Shown: positions 27,203-40,528 of the stretch, piece after piece | Numbering within the stretch: the first letter of the stretch is position 1 | Layout: every line of letters starts with the position of its first letter | Origin: Psilocybe cubensis | Lineage: Eukaryota | Reading direction: 5' to 3' | Assembly: GCA_017499595.2 (NCBI GenBank) | Contig: CM039007.1 | Coordinates: 1,178,001-1,242,000 of the forward strand | Length of the DNA: 64,000 bases | The notes under the pieces: generated by a model | Told to the model about the DNA's origin: nothing | Seen by the model: the letters and a program-made list of their open reading frames with translations, nothing else | The model's database searches: none | Position numbers and translations under genes: made by a program

Positions 27203-28469
27203 CGGGATTATTGCGCTCGCAAACCGCATACCCCTCATCGTACGTCGGTGTGCGTTTACTGTAATGCGATCCCGACCCAAATTAGTGATACGTGAGCATT
27301 CTCCCATCAGTTTCTCCCGTGAGATTCTCCCCCAGCGGAATCGGAGCTCTGCGGTTGCAACGTACTTGCATATGTAGGCGGGGACGCAAGGCTGTATGAA
27401 TGCCCGTGCCGCGCATACGGTAAAAAAGACGACAAGGTGCATGTATAGATTTGGAATGCAGAACTCACTATTGTCCCAATCTCCCCTGTTGATTATAACT
27501 TGCCCTCCATACAGAACCAGGATGTCAGAGAGGCCGTTGACGTGATACCGCTTTGTGGTATCTGAAACTGGCTGATCATTTGAATTGGGAAAAGAGCATG
27601 AGATGCCGGAGGAGATGGGGATGGGCAGAACACATGGGCACACAGTAAAAGGAAAAGGGAAAATTAAAGCAAAAAGCAAAAGAAAACAAAACAGAAAATT
27701 AAAAGTAAAAGAAAAAGAGAAAGAGAAAACAAGAGTCAAGAAACGCACTAAAAATGTATGTTACTTAATGATGTGGAAGATGGGATCATATTGCGCTCGC
27801 AAACCACATGCACGCCCCTCATCGTACATCGGTGTGCGTTTACTGTAATGCGATCCAGACCAAACTAACGCTCCACCACACTGTCTATGCACCTGAACGT
27901 TACATTGAATGTTTGTCTGTCGATTGATTACACAGGGATAAATTGTTCAATGTGTAGTGCGAACGGGTTTTGCTGGCTTCCGAAACGATTCGAGAGACGG
28001 GTCTAATGCTTGTGCGCACGGGCCAGGCGCCAGCGCAGCATCGATCCCGCGGTGCGATGCAACGTACTTGGATGTGCAGACGGGCCGGGGTGGGTGTAGG
28101 CCCGTACCGCCGCACACGGTATAAAAAAAACGACAAGGTCTGACAAGGTGCATGTATAGATTTGGAATTGGGATGCATAACTCACTATTGTACCAATTCC
28201 TCCTGTTGATTATAATTTGTCCTCCATAACCGGATCACAGAGGTCGTAATATCGCTTTGTGGCATCAGAAACTGGCTGTTCATTCGAATTGGCAGGATAT
28301 AGCATGAGATGAGAGGGGATGGGGATGGGCTGCACACCCGCGCACACGTTAAAAAGCAAAGGGAAAAATAAAGGAAAAAGGAAACGGAAATGAGAAAGCA
28401 AAAGAAGAAAAAACACGCAAAGTTACAGTAAAAGGAAAAGAAAAGAAAAGAGTCAAGAAACGCACTAAT
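27203..28469. repeat. Diverged direct tandem duplication (units ~27203-27752 and ~27782-28469)
   Basis: Shared blocks in the same order: attgcgctcgcaaacc...cggtgtgcgtttactgtaatgcgatcc; gacaaggtgcatgtatagatttggaat; ctgttgattataa; aagagtcaagaaacgcactaa. Confidence 0.85.
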
Positions 28470-29610
28470 TATATACGTACCACGGTCCAAAAACAAAGCA
28501 GCCAACAACGTGCGCGAAACCGTTGGTTCATAAACTTTTACATTACATCTCCGAGTTTACTTTACATGCACTGTTCACTGTTTACTGATTTGCCGGAGGC
28601 TCGGAGCTGGCTTGGGGTGAAGCTTCGGTGAAATTTACAGCGGAATGTGATCGGTGCATCGATCGGTGATTCGGTGTCATTGATCGTGAAGGAGATGGGA
28701 TGGGTTAGTTGCGGGAAAGGTCGGGATGGGGTGTTTTTAGGATGGATTGGATTGGATTGGATGGGTTGTGCGTACGTGCGCAGTGGTGCTGCTCGTACTC
28801 TAGTCTCCTACCTACTCCTGAATACCCCAAGAGATGAATCATACATGCATGCATGAGTGAGCCCGAATGCGCATGATATTCGTGTTGCCGTGCTGAATCT
28901 GATAATCTGAGCAGACGGGTGGGCCGAGCCTTGGACTGTTGAGATTTTGAGATGCCGGGCGCCCCCGAGTGCCGACGTCCCGGCGCAACGACCCAATTGG
29001 TGCGCGGGGCGTCATCGATGGGGTGACGTCGTTTTGGCTTATATTAACCTTGTCCTTCATCGTGAATCCCGCATCATCTCCCCCATCCCCCATAGCCTAT
29101 CCCAAGCTTTCAGCGAGTTCTGCTTCTGCCTGCTTCAGCTCTCCTCAACTTCTACAGACACGTTTGTACAGGCGCGCCGTGTTGGGTTGCTGTTGCTGCT
29201 ATTGTTATCGTTATTGGTATTCTTGAACGAGCTTGAGCGGGGGGTGTAGATTCGATCTTGTTGCCACATCATCATCATCGTTGGCATCATCGTTAGCATC
29301 GGCATCGGCATCGTCGGCGACACTGGTCACTGGTCAGTGTCATCAGCATCAGCAGCGGTCAGCTGGATATATATCGGTGCAATCCGTTTTTCGTTTATAT
29401 CTTCTTTGCCTTCTTCCTCATTCATCCCCCCTTCTTTCTTTCCTCCCCCCCTCCCTCCTCGTTCGTCCTTCTTCCTCACAACACACGCGCGCACACATAC
29501 ATCGAACAACATCAAAACGCTCAGAGCGATAACACACACCCATCCAAAAGCAAAATCTCAATCCAATCCAAAATCCAAGTCCAAACCTAACTTAAAATCA
29601 AAACCCAACA

Positions 29611-32600
29611 ATGACATCTTTCCGAAACCACCGCATCGTCATCGCCTCGCTCTTCCTCCCCACGACCGCGGTGCTCACCTACTCCTCCCCGCCGACGCCT
29701 GACCACGAGCATGAGACGCTCGCGCAGGTGCAGGCGAGGGTCGATGCGGAGCATACGATCCCCGCTGTGTCGTCCCGGCTCGCGGCCGTCGCTGGTGCTA
29801 GTGCTGCGGGGGCTGGTGCTGCTGCTGAGGGGGGTGGAGCGGCCAGTGCTGCAGGGGCGACTGCTACTGCGGCTGGAGCGGGAGCGGGAGCAGCGACAGC
29901 GAAGAAACCGCTCAAACCGGCGCTGGTCACCCGCGGCTCGGCGGTGTCGGGTGCGGGTGCGGGTGCAGGTGGTGCATCAGGCCAGAATCAGAGTCAGACG
30001 GCGGGGAACACGCATACGAGGCAGTCGAGTTTGAATGTCCCGTTGAAGAGTATTGTGGATGATTTGAAAGATAAGGTGGGTGTTTTTTTGGTTTTGATTG
30101 AAGTGTGGGGTTTTGTGTTAGAGAGGGCGGGTGCTTACGGGTTTCTTTTGTCTTTTTTTTCTGCGTTCATTTTCATTGCGACGGGTGATTGCTTGCAATC
30201 GTCGGTTGATACGATTCGATTGGTATTGGTATGACGTAACACAAACAGAGTCGGCTTGCGACGCCCTCTGCACGCTCGCCGACGAATGAGACGACGAATC
30301 CATTCACCAAGCTCACGCGGTTCGCAGCCGACTCCACCACCGCCGGCGATGCCAAGGACACAGCACACACACCGTCCATCACGTCCCCGCTCCCGCGGAA
30401 GCACCAGACGACGCACCCGGACACGTCCTCTGTCCCGCGGTTGCGACGGAACAAGTCGCGTTCGACCTCGCGGCGCGCGACGTCCTCTGCGCGCGCGGGG
30501 TCTGTGCCGACGTCGCCCTCGGTTGACAGTAATGGCGGGAGTATGATGTATGGTGGTGCGAGTGGTGTCCCGGCATGGCATATGGAGCCGAACCCGCATT
30601 GTAATGGTGGGTTGAAGAATGCGGTGGAGAGTGTTGGGGAGAGGATGAAGAGGAAGTTGTGGGTGGGCACGTTGGGCACGCCGACGGATGGGTTTGGGGA
30701 GGAGCTGAGGAGGGATATTGATGCGCGGATGGTGGCGCAGAGGCAGAGTTTGCCCGTCTGGATCCCGGATGATGAGTTTCAGAGTTGTTATGATGAGTTT
30801 TGTCATCAGGTGGGTTTTGCCTGGTTTTCCTTACCCTACAATGAGACTTATTGGTTTTTTTTGTAGGTCCTCTGGCCGTGCTTGCACTATGCGGTGCCTG
30901 ATGCGCCCAAGACGAAGCAGTTCTACGAGTCGGCGTCGTATGCGCAGTATCTGTCTGTGAACCAGCGCTTCGCGGCTGTCATCATCAACGCGCACCAAGA
31001 GGGCGATATCATCTGGGTGAACGACTACCACCTCCTCTTGCTCCCGCTCCTCTTGCGCATGTCGCTCACGCCTGGCATGCCCACATCCGTCTCGCCACCT
31101 TCTTCAGGTAACCCGCACTCTTCATCTATAAGCGCACCGAGCCATATATCCGGTCTTCCACCCTCTTCCTCGTCGTCAAACCCGTTCCTCATCACACGTA
31201 CCTCATCAGAGAATGGGAACGAGGGAGAGCGCCGAACACCGAGTATCCCACCTTCAACCCCCATCGGGTTCTTCATGCACGTCGCGTTCCCCTCGTCGGA
31301 GATATTCAGATGTCTCTCGGTGCGCAAGGACCTGTTGAGGGGCATGCTTGGAGCGGATCTGGTTGGGTTCCAGACGGGGAGTTATGCGAGGCATTGGAGG
31401 CAGACTGTTAGTAGGATATTGAGTTTTGAGGCGTTGCCGAGGGGGATACAGGTGCCGGAGGGAGAGGGGATGGCGGTGGGTGAGTTGGATGTTGGTCTTG
31501 GTGGAGGTGGGGGTGCGGGGGAGAGGAAGGGGGAGAATGTGCAGAGAGGACGGTCGGGTGCGGGTGGGAGGGAGAGGAGTGAGGGCGAGGGCGCGAGGGA
31601 GAGTAAAGAGGGAAGAGTGAGAGATGGAGTTGTTGAGAGGGGACGATTTGTCGATGTGGGCGTGTTCCCGATGGGGATTGATGTGAGGCAGTTGCATATT
31701 AGAAGGTGAGTTGTAATATTTTCTTTCTTTCTTTCTTTTGGTATTTTGGGCTATCCTTTTTTTTGGCGGATTTTCCGGAGTTATGATGGATGGATGGATG
31801 GATTAATGGATGGATCGAATCTGGATAGTAGATGGATGGTGGTATTTTTGGTGGGTTTATGTGACGTTGGAGGATAATGCTGATGGGGACGTATTTGGAA
31901 TTGGAACTGGAACTGGGATCTATGGATTTTCTCGGGGTATGGGTATTTTTGGGATGGTGTGGGGGGTAAGGGGGGTTTAAAGGGGGGGGGCAGATCTAAT
32001 CTTGAACCCCCAATCGTTATATCCGCGTCGCGTGTCGCGTGGTAAATGGCGGTGCTGTTTGCGTTTGCGTGGGAGTTTATGGATGTTGTCGATCTGGGAA
32101 AGTGTGAGATTGTCACGCTGTCGATCTCGCCTTGTTTTGTTTGTGGGTTTCCTTTTTGGTTTGCCTCATTTGGCGATATGGGGTGTTTTTGGTTGTTTGG
32201 GGATTTTTCTTTTTGCCTTTTTCGTCGGTTGCTGTTTATGGGATGTGGTGTGGTTGGTTTAGGTTTGGTTTTTTTCCCTTTTTTGTGTTTTGTGTGGTAT
32301 ACCCGGTTGTTGGTTGTTGATGTTTTGATCTTCTGGTTTTGGTTTGGTGCTTTTTTTTTTTTTTGTGTGGTCGGTTGGGTTGTTGATGAGCTCGCTGACA
32401 TACTTTTCTCCGTGTTCCTTTTCTTGCCATGGTCTCTTCAATTGTTCTCTGCGTCGTGGTTAATACCCACCTTGAAGACGTGAACCGGAAGTTGCGGAGT
32501 GGGTTCAGGTGCTTAAGCAGCGCTATGCGGGCATGAAGCTCGTTGTGGGGAGAGATAAACTAGATGAGATTCAGGTGCGTTTGCAGTGTTTTTGTCTTGT

Positions 32601-34864
32601 ACGAAATGTTTCTGATAAGTTTCCCTTTACATATCACTTCTACCCTCGCTATTCATCCTGATCTCATGAACGAATGTGATATCTATCTAACATCACGCAT
32701 ACATCTACCTTCTACTGCCTACTCCAACTCACCTGATACAGGGCGTACGCCACAAGCTCGTAGCCTTTGAAACATTCCTCGAAAAATACCCACAATACAT
32801 CAACAAAGTCGTGCTCATCCAAATCGCACTCCAAACCTCCTCGCCCAACGAGCAAGCGGCCACATCGTCCGGGATAACAGAGATCATCTCCCGCATCAAC
32901 GCGCGCTTCTCGACGCTGACGTATACCCCGATTGTGTTTTTGCATACGCAGGATTTGACGTTTAGTCAGTATTTGGCCCTTTTGGAGGTTGCGGATGCGT
33001 TTGTGGTGACGAGTTTGAGAGAGGGGATGGCGTTGAGGACGCATGAGTTTGTTGAGTGTCAGGAGGGGAAGGATCGGGAGGTATGTGGTTTTTTTTTTTG
33101 CTATTGCTGTTTTTTTGTGTGTGGTGCGTGTGCTGATGGTCATTTTGTGACATAGGTTGTCGAAGTTGTTGATCCGGAGACTGGGGAGCGCAAAGAGGTG
33201 GAGGCAGGCAGGCATGGTGTCCTCGTCCTCAGTGAGTTCACGGGGAGTTACAGTTACAGTGGGTTCCGCAGCTGTATTGCTGTGAACCCATGGGACGCGC
33301 GCGGGACTGCGCGGGCGATATGGGAGGCACTCAGTATGGGTAGGGAAGAAGCCAGAAGTCGCTGGGAGGTCAGTATCTCTCTCTCACTATCCTCATCTAT
33401 AATGGTGGAACTTGGGAATCTGACGCACGCATACACATGATATACTTTCTAGGATTTGCACAACCACGTCACAACGCAGACCGCACAGACCTTTGTCAAC
33501 TCGTTCCTTAACAGGTGTATCCGCGCCAACACGGAACACACCGCTTCGCTGCTCGACGACGTCGGTTCGGGACCTACCATCCTCCGCCCCCTCCCCTCCC
33601 CCGGCTCCCCCCCACTCTCCCCATCCTCCTTCGGACCCAACGAAACAAGCGTAAGCGTGCTCGTGGGTAAATTCAAACACTCGCGCAAGCGGATGATATT
33701 TGTTGATTTTGAGGGTACGCTTTGGAGGCGGGATTTGTCGCGTGCGGCGGTGTTGGCGGATGAAGGGGAGGATGCGCCGTTGCCGGAGGAGGTGGAGAGG
33801 GCTGTGAGTGTGCTGGGACGGTTGGCGGAGGATACGAGGAGGAATGAGGTGTGGTTGTTGAGTGGGCTCAAGGTTAGGGGTGTGCTTGAGGCTGTGGCGA
33901 GGAGGGTGCCTAGGGTTGGGATTGTGTGAGTGTTATCTTTTGTTTTTTTGCAAGTGCGTAGGACTGATTGTTGGGTCGAATGTGTATAGTGCGGAGAATG
34001 GATGTTTCATCAAGACGAGGGGAGGTGGACTTGGAAGTGGGGAGTGGATCAATATGGTGTCCAATTTCAATCTTACATGGAAGAGTTCATGTTTGGAAAT
34101 TTTGAACTACGTACGTTGTCTCTCCCTCACCTTGACCACCTAAAATTCCAACTCACCTCTCATTACACCAGTTCACCGAACGTACACCAGGCTCGTTCAT
34201 CGAGGAACGCCAAGCCTCCATGGTCTGGCGCTACTGGTCGGGCCCCTCCACCACCTCCTCTGGCGAAAACCCCGATCGCCAATGGGCACAACGCCAAGCG
34301 GCTGAAGCGCAGAACCATATCTTTGATTCGCTCGGGGAGCGCTATGGGCTAAGGATTATACCTGGCAGGAATAGTTTCTTGGTGTTGCCGAATAATGTGT
34401 CGCGGTCGACGGCGGTAGGTGCGATTTTGCATCCGGGGGGTGTGGTTAGAGGTGGGCATGGTGGTGGAGGACATCATCGTCATCATAGCCACAGCCACAG
34501 CCACGGACACGGGCACCCTATGAGCCCATCCGCGTCGGACATCAGCACAAGCCTAGGTCTAAGCAACCTCTCCGCGTTCAACTCTGACGGAACACTAACA
34601 AGCCCCACCGTCGACGCTTCGTCATTCGACCCGTCCACGTCCTCCTTGCACGGATCCTCGTCCAGTGGGAGCGGCGACGGTGCTGGCGGAGGTGTGGATG
34701 TGGATATGCTGCTTGCTGTGAGCTCGGATGAGAAATTGTTGAGGCGGTTGAATGAGTTTGAGGGCGCGGAGACGGTCAGTACGAGTGGCAAGGGGACGGA
34801 TGCGAAGTGGAGGTTGGAGAGTGAGGAGAGTGGGAGGGTGTTGGGCAGTTTTGTGGGTGTGTAG
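29611..34864 (+). CDS. TPS3: Trehalose-6-phosphate synthase complex subunit (GT20 + HAD-like phosphatase domains), Tps3/Tsl1-type regulatory form
   Basis: GT20 motifs WVGTLG, YDEFCHQVLWPCLHY, WVNDYHLLLLP, GFFMHVAFPSSEIFRCL, GADLVGFQT, FPMGID, GRDKLDEIQG, SLREGMAL, LSEFTG. HAD-like domain FVDFEGTL, AENG, FTERTPGSFIEE. The subtype is inferred from degenerate active-site motifs. Confidence 0.88.
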
Positions 34865-37800
34865 GTGTTTAGGTGGGAGTGGGAACTGGAGGATTGGAGG
34901 CGGAGGCAGGTATAGAGGTGGATGGATGGATATGGGGTTTATCAGAATCTCCTGGGGACCATCCATCATGATTCAGGTGCCGTCTCGCACGGAGAGGCTG
35001 TATCTTTTTTTTAGACAAGTCGTGTGAGATAGACGAAATACAAGGATTGGTGTATATGGTTTGTATGTCTATGCTTTTTTTCTGTATGTTATCTCTACGT
35101 TTCAAGACATGGATCGGTGTATATGGTTTGGTTCGTTTCTATTCTTGTCAGCTCCCTTCTAGACGATAGAACCCTTTAATTCATGATTCCCTTCCCTGCC
35201 CCACTTTTGCCGGTGAACATGGACTTATTTGTTATAATAAATGCATCCCTATCCCTCCCTTGTCGATTGGTAATTTCGTATCCCCGAATGCCAATGTGAC
35301 AGAAAAGTCTATGCGACTGTCGCGGAGAAGGAAGGATAATGGTTTACGAGTGTTGAGGTTGGTAGACGACCCGACAAGTAGGCCTTTATTGTAGGAAAAT
35401 CTTGTTTAACTGAAGAAATACAGAAAGCAATGTAACAACGACTATAAACAAGGCCGACGGCCCGATACTTGTGTTTGTGGGTCAAATAAAAAAAAAAAAA
35501 AGAAAATCGTGGGCAGGTATTGTTCAGGTAGACAATTGCTTAACTGTGATCTAGTAGATAGATGTAACCAAAACCAACAAATAGCTAACCGATTATAAGT
35601 TATAATATGTCATTTTGGATATTTACCGAACGTCTGGTCAATGATAGTACCCCCATGGCAGGTAACTACGGCAAAGCCGCCTCTCCGAGTAAAAAAAAGA
35701 AAGAAAAAAGAAATCCAAAAAAGAAAAGGGGAGAAGAAGGAAAGAGAAAAGAGGAGTGGATTCTTGCCCCCGCTTTTAATGGCAATACCACTATATTATT
35801 GGCCTTGCTATCCAACCAAACAGATAGTGCCCTTACAGGATTACTCAGCACTAATTTGGTCATATTTCTTAATACTGGCTTAGATGTAGTAAGAACCATG
35901 CAAAATAATTCAAACATGGTAAGAGCCCAAGATAATACTAATAATGATATTAATTTGATACTCGCTTCAATTAGATTTGCATAGATGACTTTCAAAAATG
36001 ATGGCAAGAAGATGCCGGGCCATGCTACCTACAAATTGCAGAGTAGAAGATAGCTGCCCAAATTTACAACTTACTACAAATTTATAGGGGAATTTTAGAG
36101 GTCATGAAAGCAAGAACACAATTTTAATTGGAACTCTAGAACAGCTTTACTAAACCATACTAACAATGCTCAAAATGAATGATATTGTTGAATGCTAGTG
36201 TACTCTATTATTTGGAAGGTTCCTATATGTTATTCGGGTCATTTTTCCTCAGAACCTTCAAAAGGTTTCTGTTCTCGTGTATACAATTTATATTTCACAC
36301 TATTGACGTGTACGCACAACTCTTCAGTGCTCTTCAGACAGGCCCCGGGAAACTCCCCTAGGGGCTTGTTCGGATTCTCGCGGATTTGAGGCCAAAAATT
36401 TGGCATTTTGGGATTATTGGGACATTTTCCAGTGTCAAAGAATATTTTTACATTCTAAATTAAATTTAAATGGAGAAAAGAAGATACAAAATCCATCAAA
36501 TACGTCCAAATGTTATACTTTTTGCCATAATTTTGTCGGTATTGATTGATTGACAGTGAGTCATTGACCCATCAAACGTTGACCGGTCATTGACTCACCA
36601 ACGCTGATTGACACCCCGCAGGGGACAAAATTTTCCATATTTGGAAGTACCCCTGAGGAGGTCTGTCCGGTTTCGCGGATTTGTCAAGTTTAAAGAAAAA
36701 TGTTACAATAGTCCAATGATGAATGCCAAAGAACTACTGCGCAGAAATGTGAATAGCGATATTTATGACATTCCCTTAGGCCAAGCGTCACAAGGGACAC
36801 TCGTTCTCCTTAGACCGTGCGTCTCGAGGAATTCCTCTGTAACTGTCTCCGGCCCCAAGCGGCACGGGCAAAGACTGTCTCACCCAACAAAATACTTATA
36901 AGACGGAAACAGTCAATGTTGCAAGCTCTTTCACATCGCGAACATCACATTTCGAGCACAACTACTCGAGCAACAAAAAAAAATCAGCAAGCCAAATAGT
37001 GAACAATGGGAAACGGATTATTTAGGTAATTCATGGTCATGTGAATAATTACATAATGGTTCAGCATCAGCCCAGCTTGGGAGTCCCAAGCTGCTGCGAC
37101 GCCGACACCCAGACAGCAACATGGGAAACTCCATCAGGAAAACAGTCGAGGAATAGAACAAATAGAATTAGCGAAAATATTTGATTATATTAAATATATT
37201 GATTTTATTTGATTATTTGGCGAAATAGGGCTAAGCCCTCTGATCGGATTGCAAATCGACTTTTAGAAATATTCGCCATGCCCCAAAATATATCTGCTTG
37301 TAGGAATCAGACCTCAAATATTTCTAACATGCACTCATAGAAGGATTAGGATTTTAGATATAGAAATTGCTTGTATTGAATAGAATTTTACTCTTTTAAT
37401 GTTTCACACACATAGTAGTAATAGAAAAGGTATAAATTGGCTAATAAGTACTCGAAAACATTGTATACTAGTGGTATTAGGGTCAAGATTATCGCAAGTA
37501 AAGGTGGGGCACTCCGCTCGACATATTCCTTCTCTTCATCCAGAAAGGAGCTGAGAGCAATGTGATTAGAAATGAAGAAAGTTGGTTAGGAGAATATGAA
37601 AACATACCAATGGGGTCAGCAATCCAAGGCACAACCAACGCCGTTCTAGCTGTGGTAAGCGGACGAGATGCACGCCAGCTCACTTACCTATTTATTTTCA
37701 GCGCATCTTGACCGAAACCTACACACGACTCCCCGGCCCTTCTTGGTGAGTTAGGACATAAACACAACATATCACTCACCTTTCCATTCGCAGTGCACCT

Positions 37801-39083
37801 CGACGAACGCCACATGCGACTCCTGTCTCTCTCCTAGACGACGACGACGTGAGTATTGAAACATATCTTGCAAGACAAGTATGGCAGTCATGGTTGCACA
37901 ACGCATAGACCGCAAACAAGCAACGACGGACCTTAACAAACTCCCTCGCAACCCTTTGATGTACTCGAGTCGCCACCACCCAGGCCATTTTCGCCGGCAG
38001 TTGTTTTGCAGAACGCGATGGCAAGTGGTGAGTGCAATTGACGACATGCCCGGGCTAATGAAGAGCTCTCATGACCACTGAGAACAGTGGTGAGGGCAAG
38101 CCACTCTAATGAGAAGAATGTACAAAAACAGCGGAGAGGATAGTAGGAGAGACGCGGTTGGATGCATAGCCTGGTAAGTGGGGACTTGTGTTGAGAGAAC
38201 GTGAAAACGCGGGATTGCTTGTAAGTCGGAGTTTGAACATGTGATCAGAAAATTAATTCGGATCACTTGTCGTTTGAATAAAATTTCGGCCGCGCCAAGT
38301 CCGCGCGGAGATGGATCCGACAAGTGCTCCTCCGACGCTGTTGTTTCGCGTTGTTGGGGTCAATTCGCTGTAATCATGGTTAGACATCGTCTTGCGTTCA
38401 AGTTGGCGCCGAGTCGTTCGCGTTTTTGGCTTCATTTTGTGTCGTGACCACATTGTCGGCATGATTTGGTTCTTAAAAGTATAGGTATTGATACTACCTT
38501 TATGGTGTGGCGGTTATGTCTGACAGTCCTGATGACATTTTTTGTAAGGTTGTGTGTTCGATCCTGCAGGAGCGTCGTTTTTCTGGACTTGATAGAAATA
38601 TAACTGACCTTTGGAAAACATAGAAAAAAAATCGTCGAATAAAATATAATAAAATATAATAGAAAAATTTCGTGTATTTGGTAAGAATAGGAAAAAAATC
38701 TTGGGTAGAAAATGGCCCATTATCTACCCTATTACTTATATATATTATATATATTCTACTCGTCGCCTGTTTTCCTGATGTCGTAATCTATTTTTACCCC
38801 TTATAGGAACAAACTCTGCTGGTGACACTCTCAAATCTTACTCTCTACCTTCCCCTCGTTGCATCACTCTCAATACCAGATTTCAGGTCTATTCAACTTT
38901 TGTGCTGCCGCTACAGCAAGTTTTCAGCAGAAACACCGTATTTGAACTTTCCTGCAGGGCGTGTGGATACCTCGTCAACAAGGCGTGCAAACTGTAAATC
39001 AGCTCAAAAGAAAGCCTGGCAAGGTTAACCGTTGTGTGTCCGTGTTCCTTCAATACAATGTCTAATATATAAAAGCAGCAACT

Positions 39084-40085
39084 ATGACTCGGACAACGCC
39101 ATCCAGCGCCAGAGGTGCTGGAACTACATGCATTGATGCTACTCGCTTCTGCCAAATGGGAGCAAGATTGAGCAGCATTGTATGCAAAGTACACTGCTTT
39201 GGGATGCTTCATTTCGCATATTACTATTTCATTCAAAGACACGGAGGGCCACCATCGAGCTCTTCCAGATCACCTACTGATAGAGCTGTGAGAATCATGT
39301 ATTTCATATTTATTGATATTGTATTAATTGATATATTTCCAGAATATTAATGTAGGGAGCGGAGCACGCTTGGAGAATCGGATGGTTTTATTATGGAAGA
39401 GAATGTGTCTGCCTGGGTGTGCTGGTATCCTCACGTAAGTGACTTTTACCTTCCTACGCTACAGTATGCTGGATTGCCGTGTGTATCCATTAGAACATCT
39501 TTTGGAATGTTTCAAATGGCTGGTGTCAGTACCAATATATACACGCGGACAGTAGTGATTTCCGCCATTGTTTCTTCAACAACTGGTGTAATCGTGTCTG
39601 CCGCCTACTTGTTACTAGAGACGCCTGTGGTCGATTTCAATTCAATTAAGGAATCACCCGAAGTATGTCCACTAAATTCCAATATCGATGATTGTCTATT
39701 CACTATTGATTGGGTCTTTTTTTCGTAGGCTTTCGAACCTCACAGTAGCGTGGAAGCCACCGATACCATGATGATACTGACATTGCCATTGTGCATGTTC
39801 GCTTGGTACAGTCCATATTTATCTAAATCTCTTTGGAAGTATGTCTAATATCTCCATAGGTCCTCCATTTTCTGGATTCTAGCATTTTTCATCATCTTCT
39901 TTACCGATCCGAATCAGCTTTACAGTCCCAACCAGACAAAAACCAATGTCTGTGCTGTTCTGCTATGCATATTGGTCATTTTTCATGTCGTTCCACTTGT
40001 ATCTTCTGCAATCAGAATCAGGCGTCAGAAAAATAGTAATAGAATGGTGGAAGGCTCCCCAAATCACCCTAACTATATACCATGA
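39084..40085 (+). CDS. Small multi-pass membrane protein, duplicate copy 2 (may have a further upstream exon)
   Basis: Same exon structure as 23640-24570 and open after splicing (MTRTTP...MGARLSSIVCK...PNYIP*). Carries ~100 bp at ~39048-39149 that copy 1 lacks. Confidence 0.65.
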
Positions 40086-40528
40086 TAGATAGAGTTCTCG
40101 GTAGCGCCATACTTGCTCCAAGTTGAAAGACGGACAAAGAAATATTTGGGCCTCGAGGCAGTGTAAAGTCAGTCTAGTCGCAGTTTATGTACGCAATCAC
40201 ATTGCCGCTTATTATTTATTATCTTTCACCTTAAATAGTTCCTGGGTAATGTCAGTGATGTTGCCACCCACAAGAGACAGACGAAGTGCATTCTGGATCA
40301 ACTTTCATTTGATCTTTCGCACAGAATTTCAGACATGTATCACCCAGTTTGCATCGGTTTATGCCTCTGAGCTACGAAGCTACCAGGGTACCATTCTGTC
40401 GACGTTTATGGCTCCTGTCGCGTCGCGTCGCGTATGCTGGGACAATCACGTGACAAGACTGAAGAACGAAGATAAAACTTCTGTAAGAACATGTACACGT
40501 CCTCTCGGCGTATATCAAAACAGCAGGG

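Noticed and set aside
31781-32483. 206-aa and 145-aa ORFs
   Set aside because: They lie inside the G/T-skewed TPS intron; stop-codon scarcity is compositional.
35600-37480. AT-rich intergenic block, possible transposon remnants
   Set aside because: No transposase or reverse transcriptase motif, paired termini or TSD could be established by eye.
37489-38100. Possible degenerate minus-strand gene
   Set aside because: It has splice-like signals but no coherent reading frame or recognisable family; mentioned only as a weak lead.
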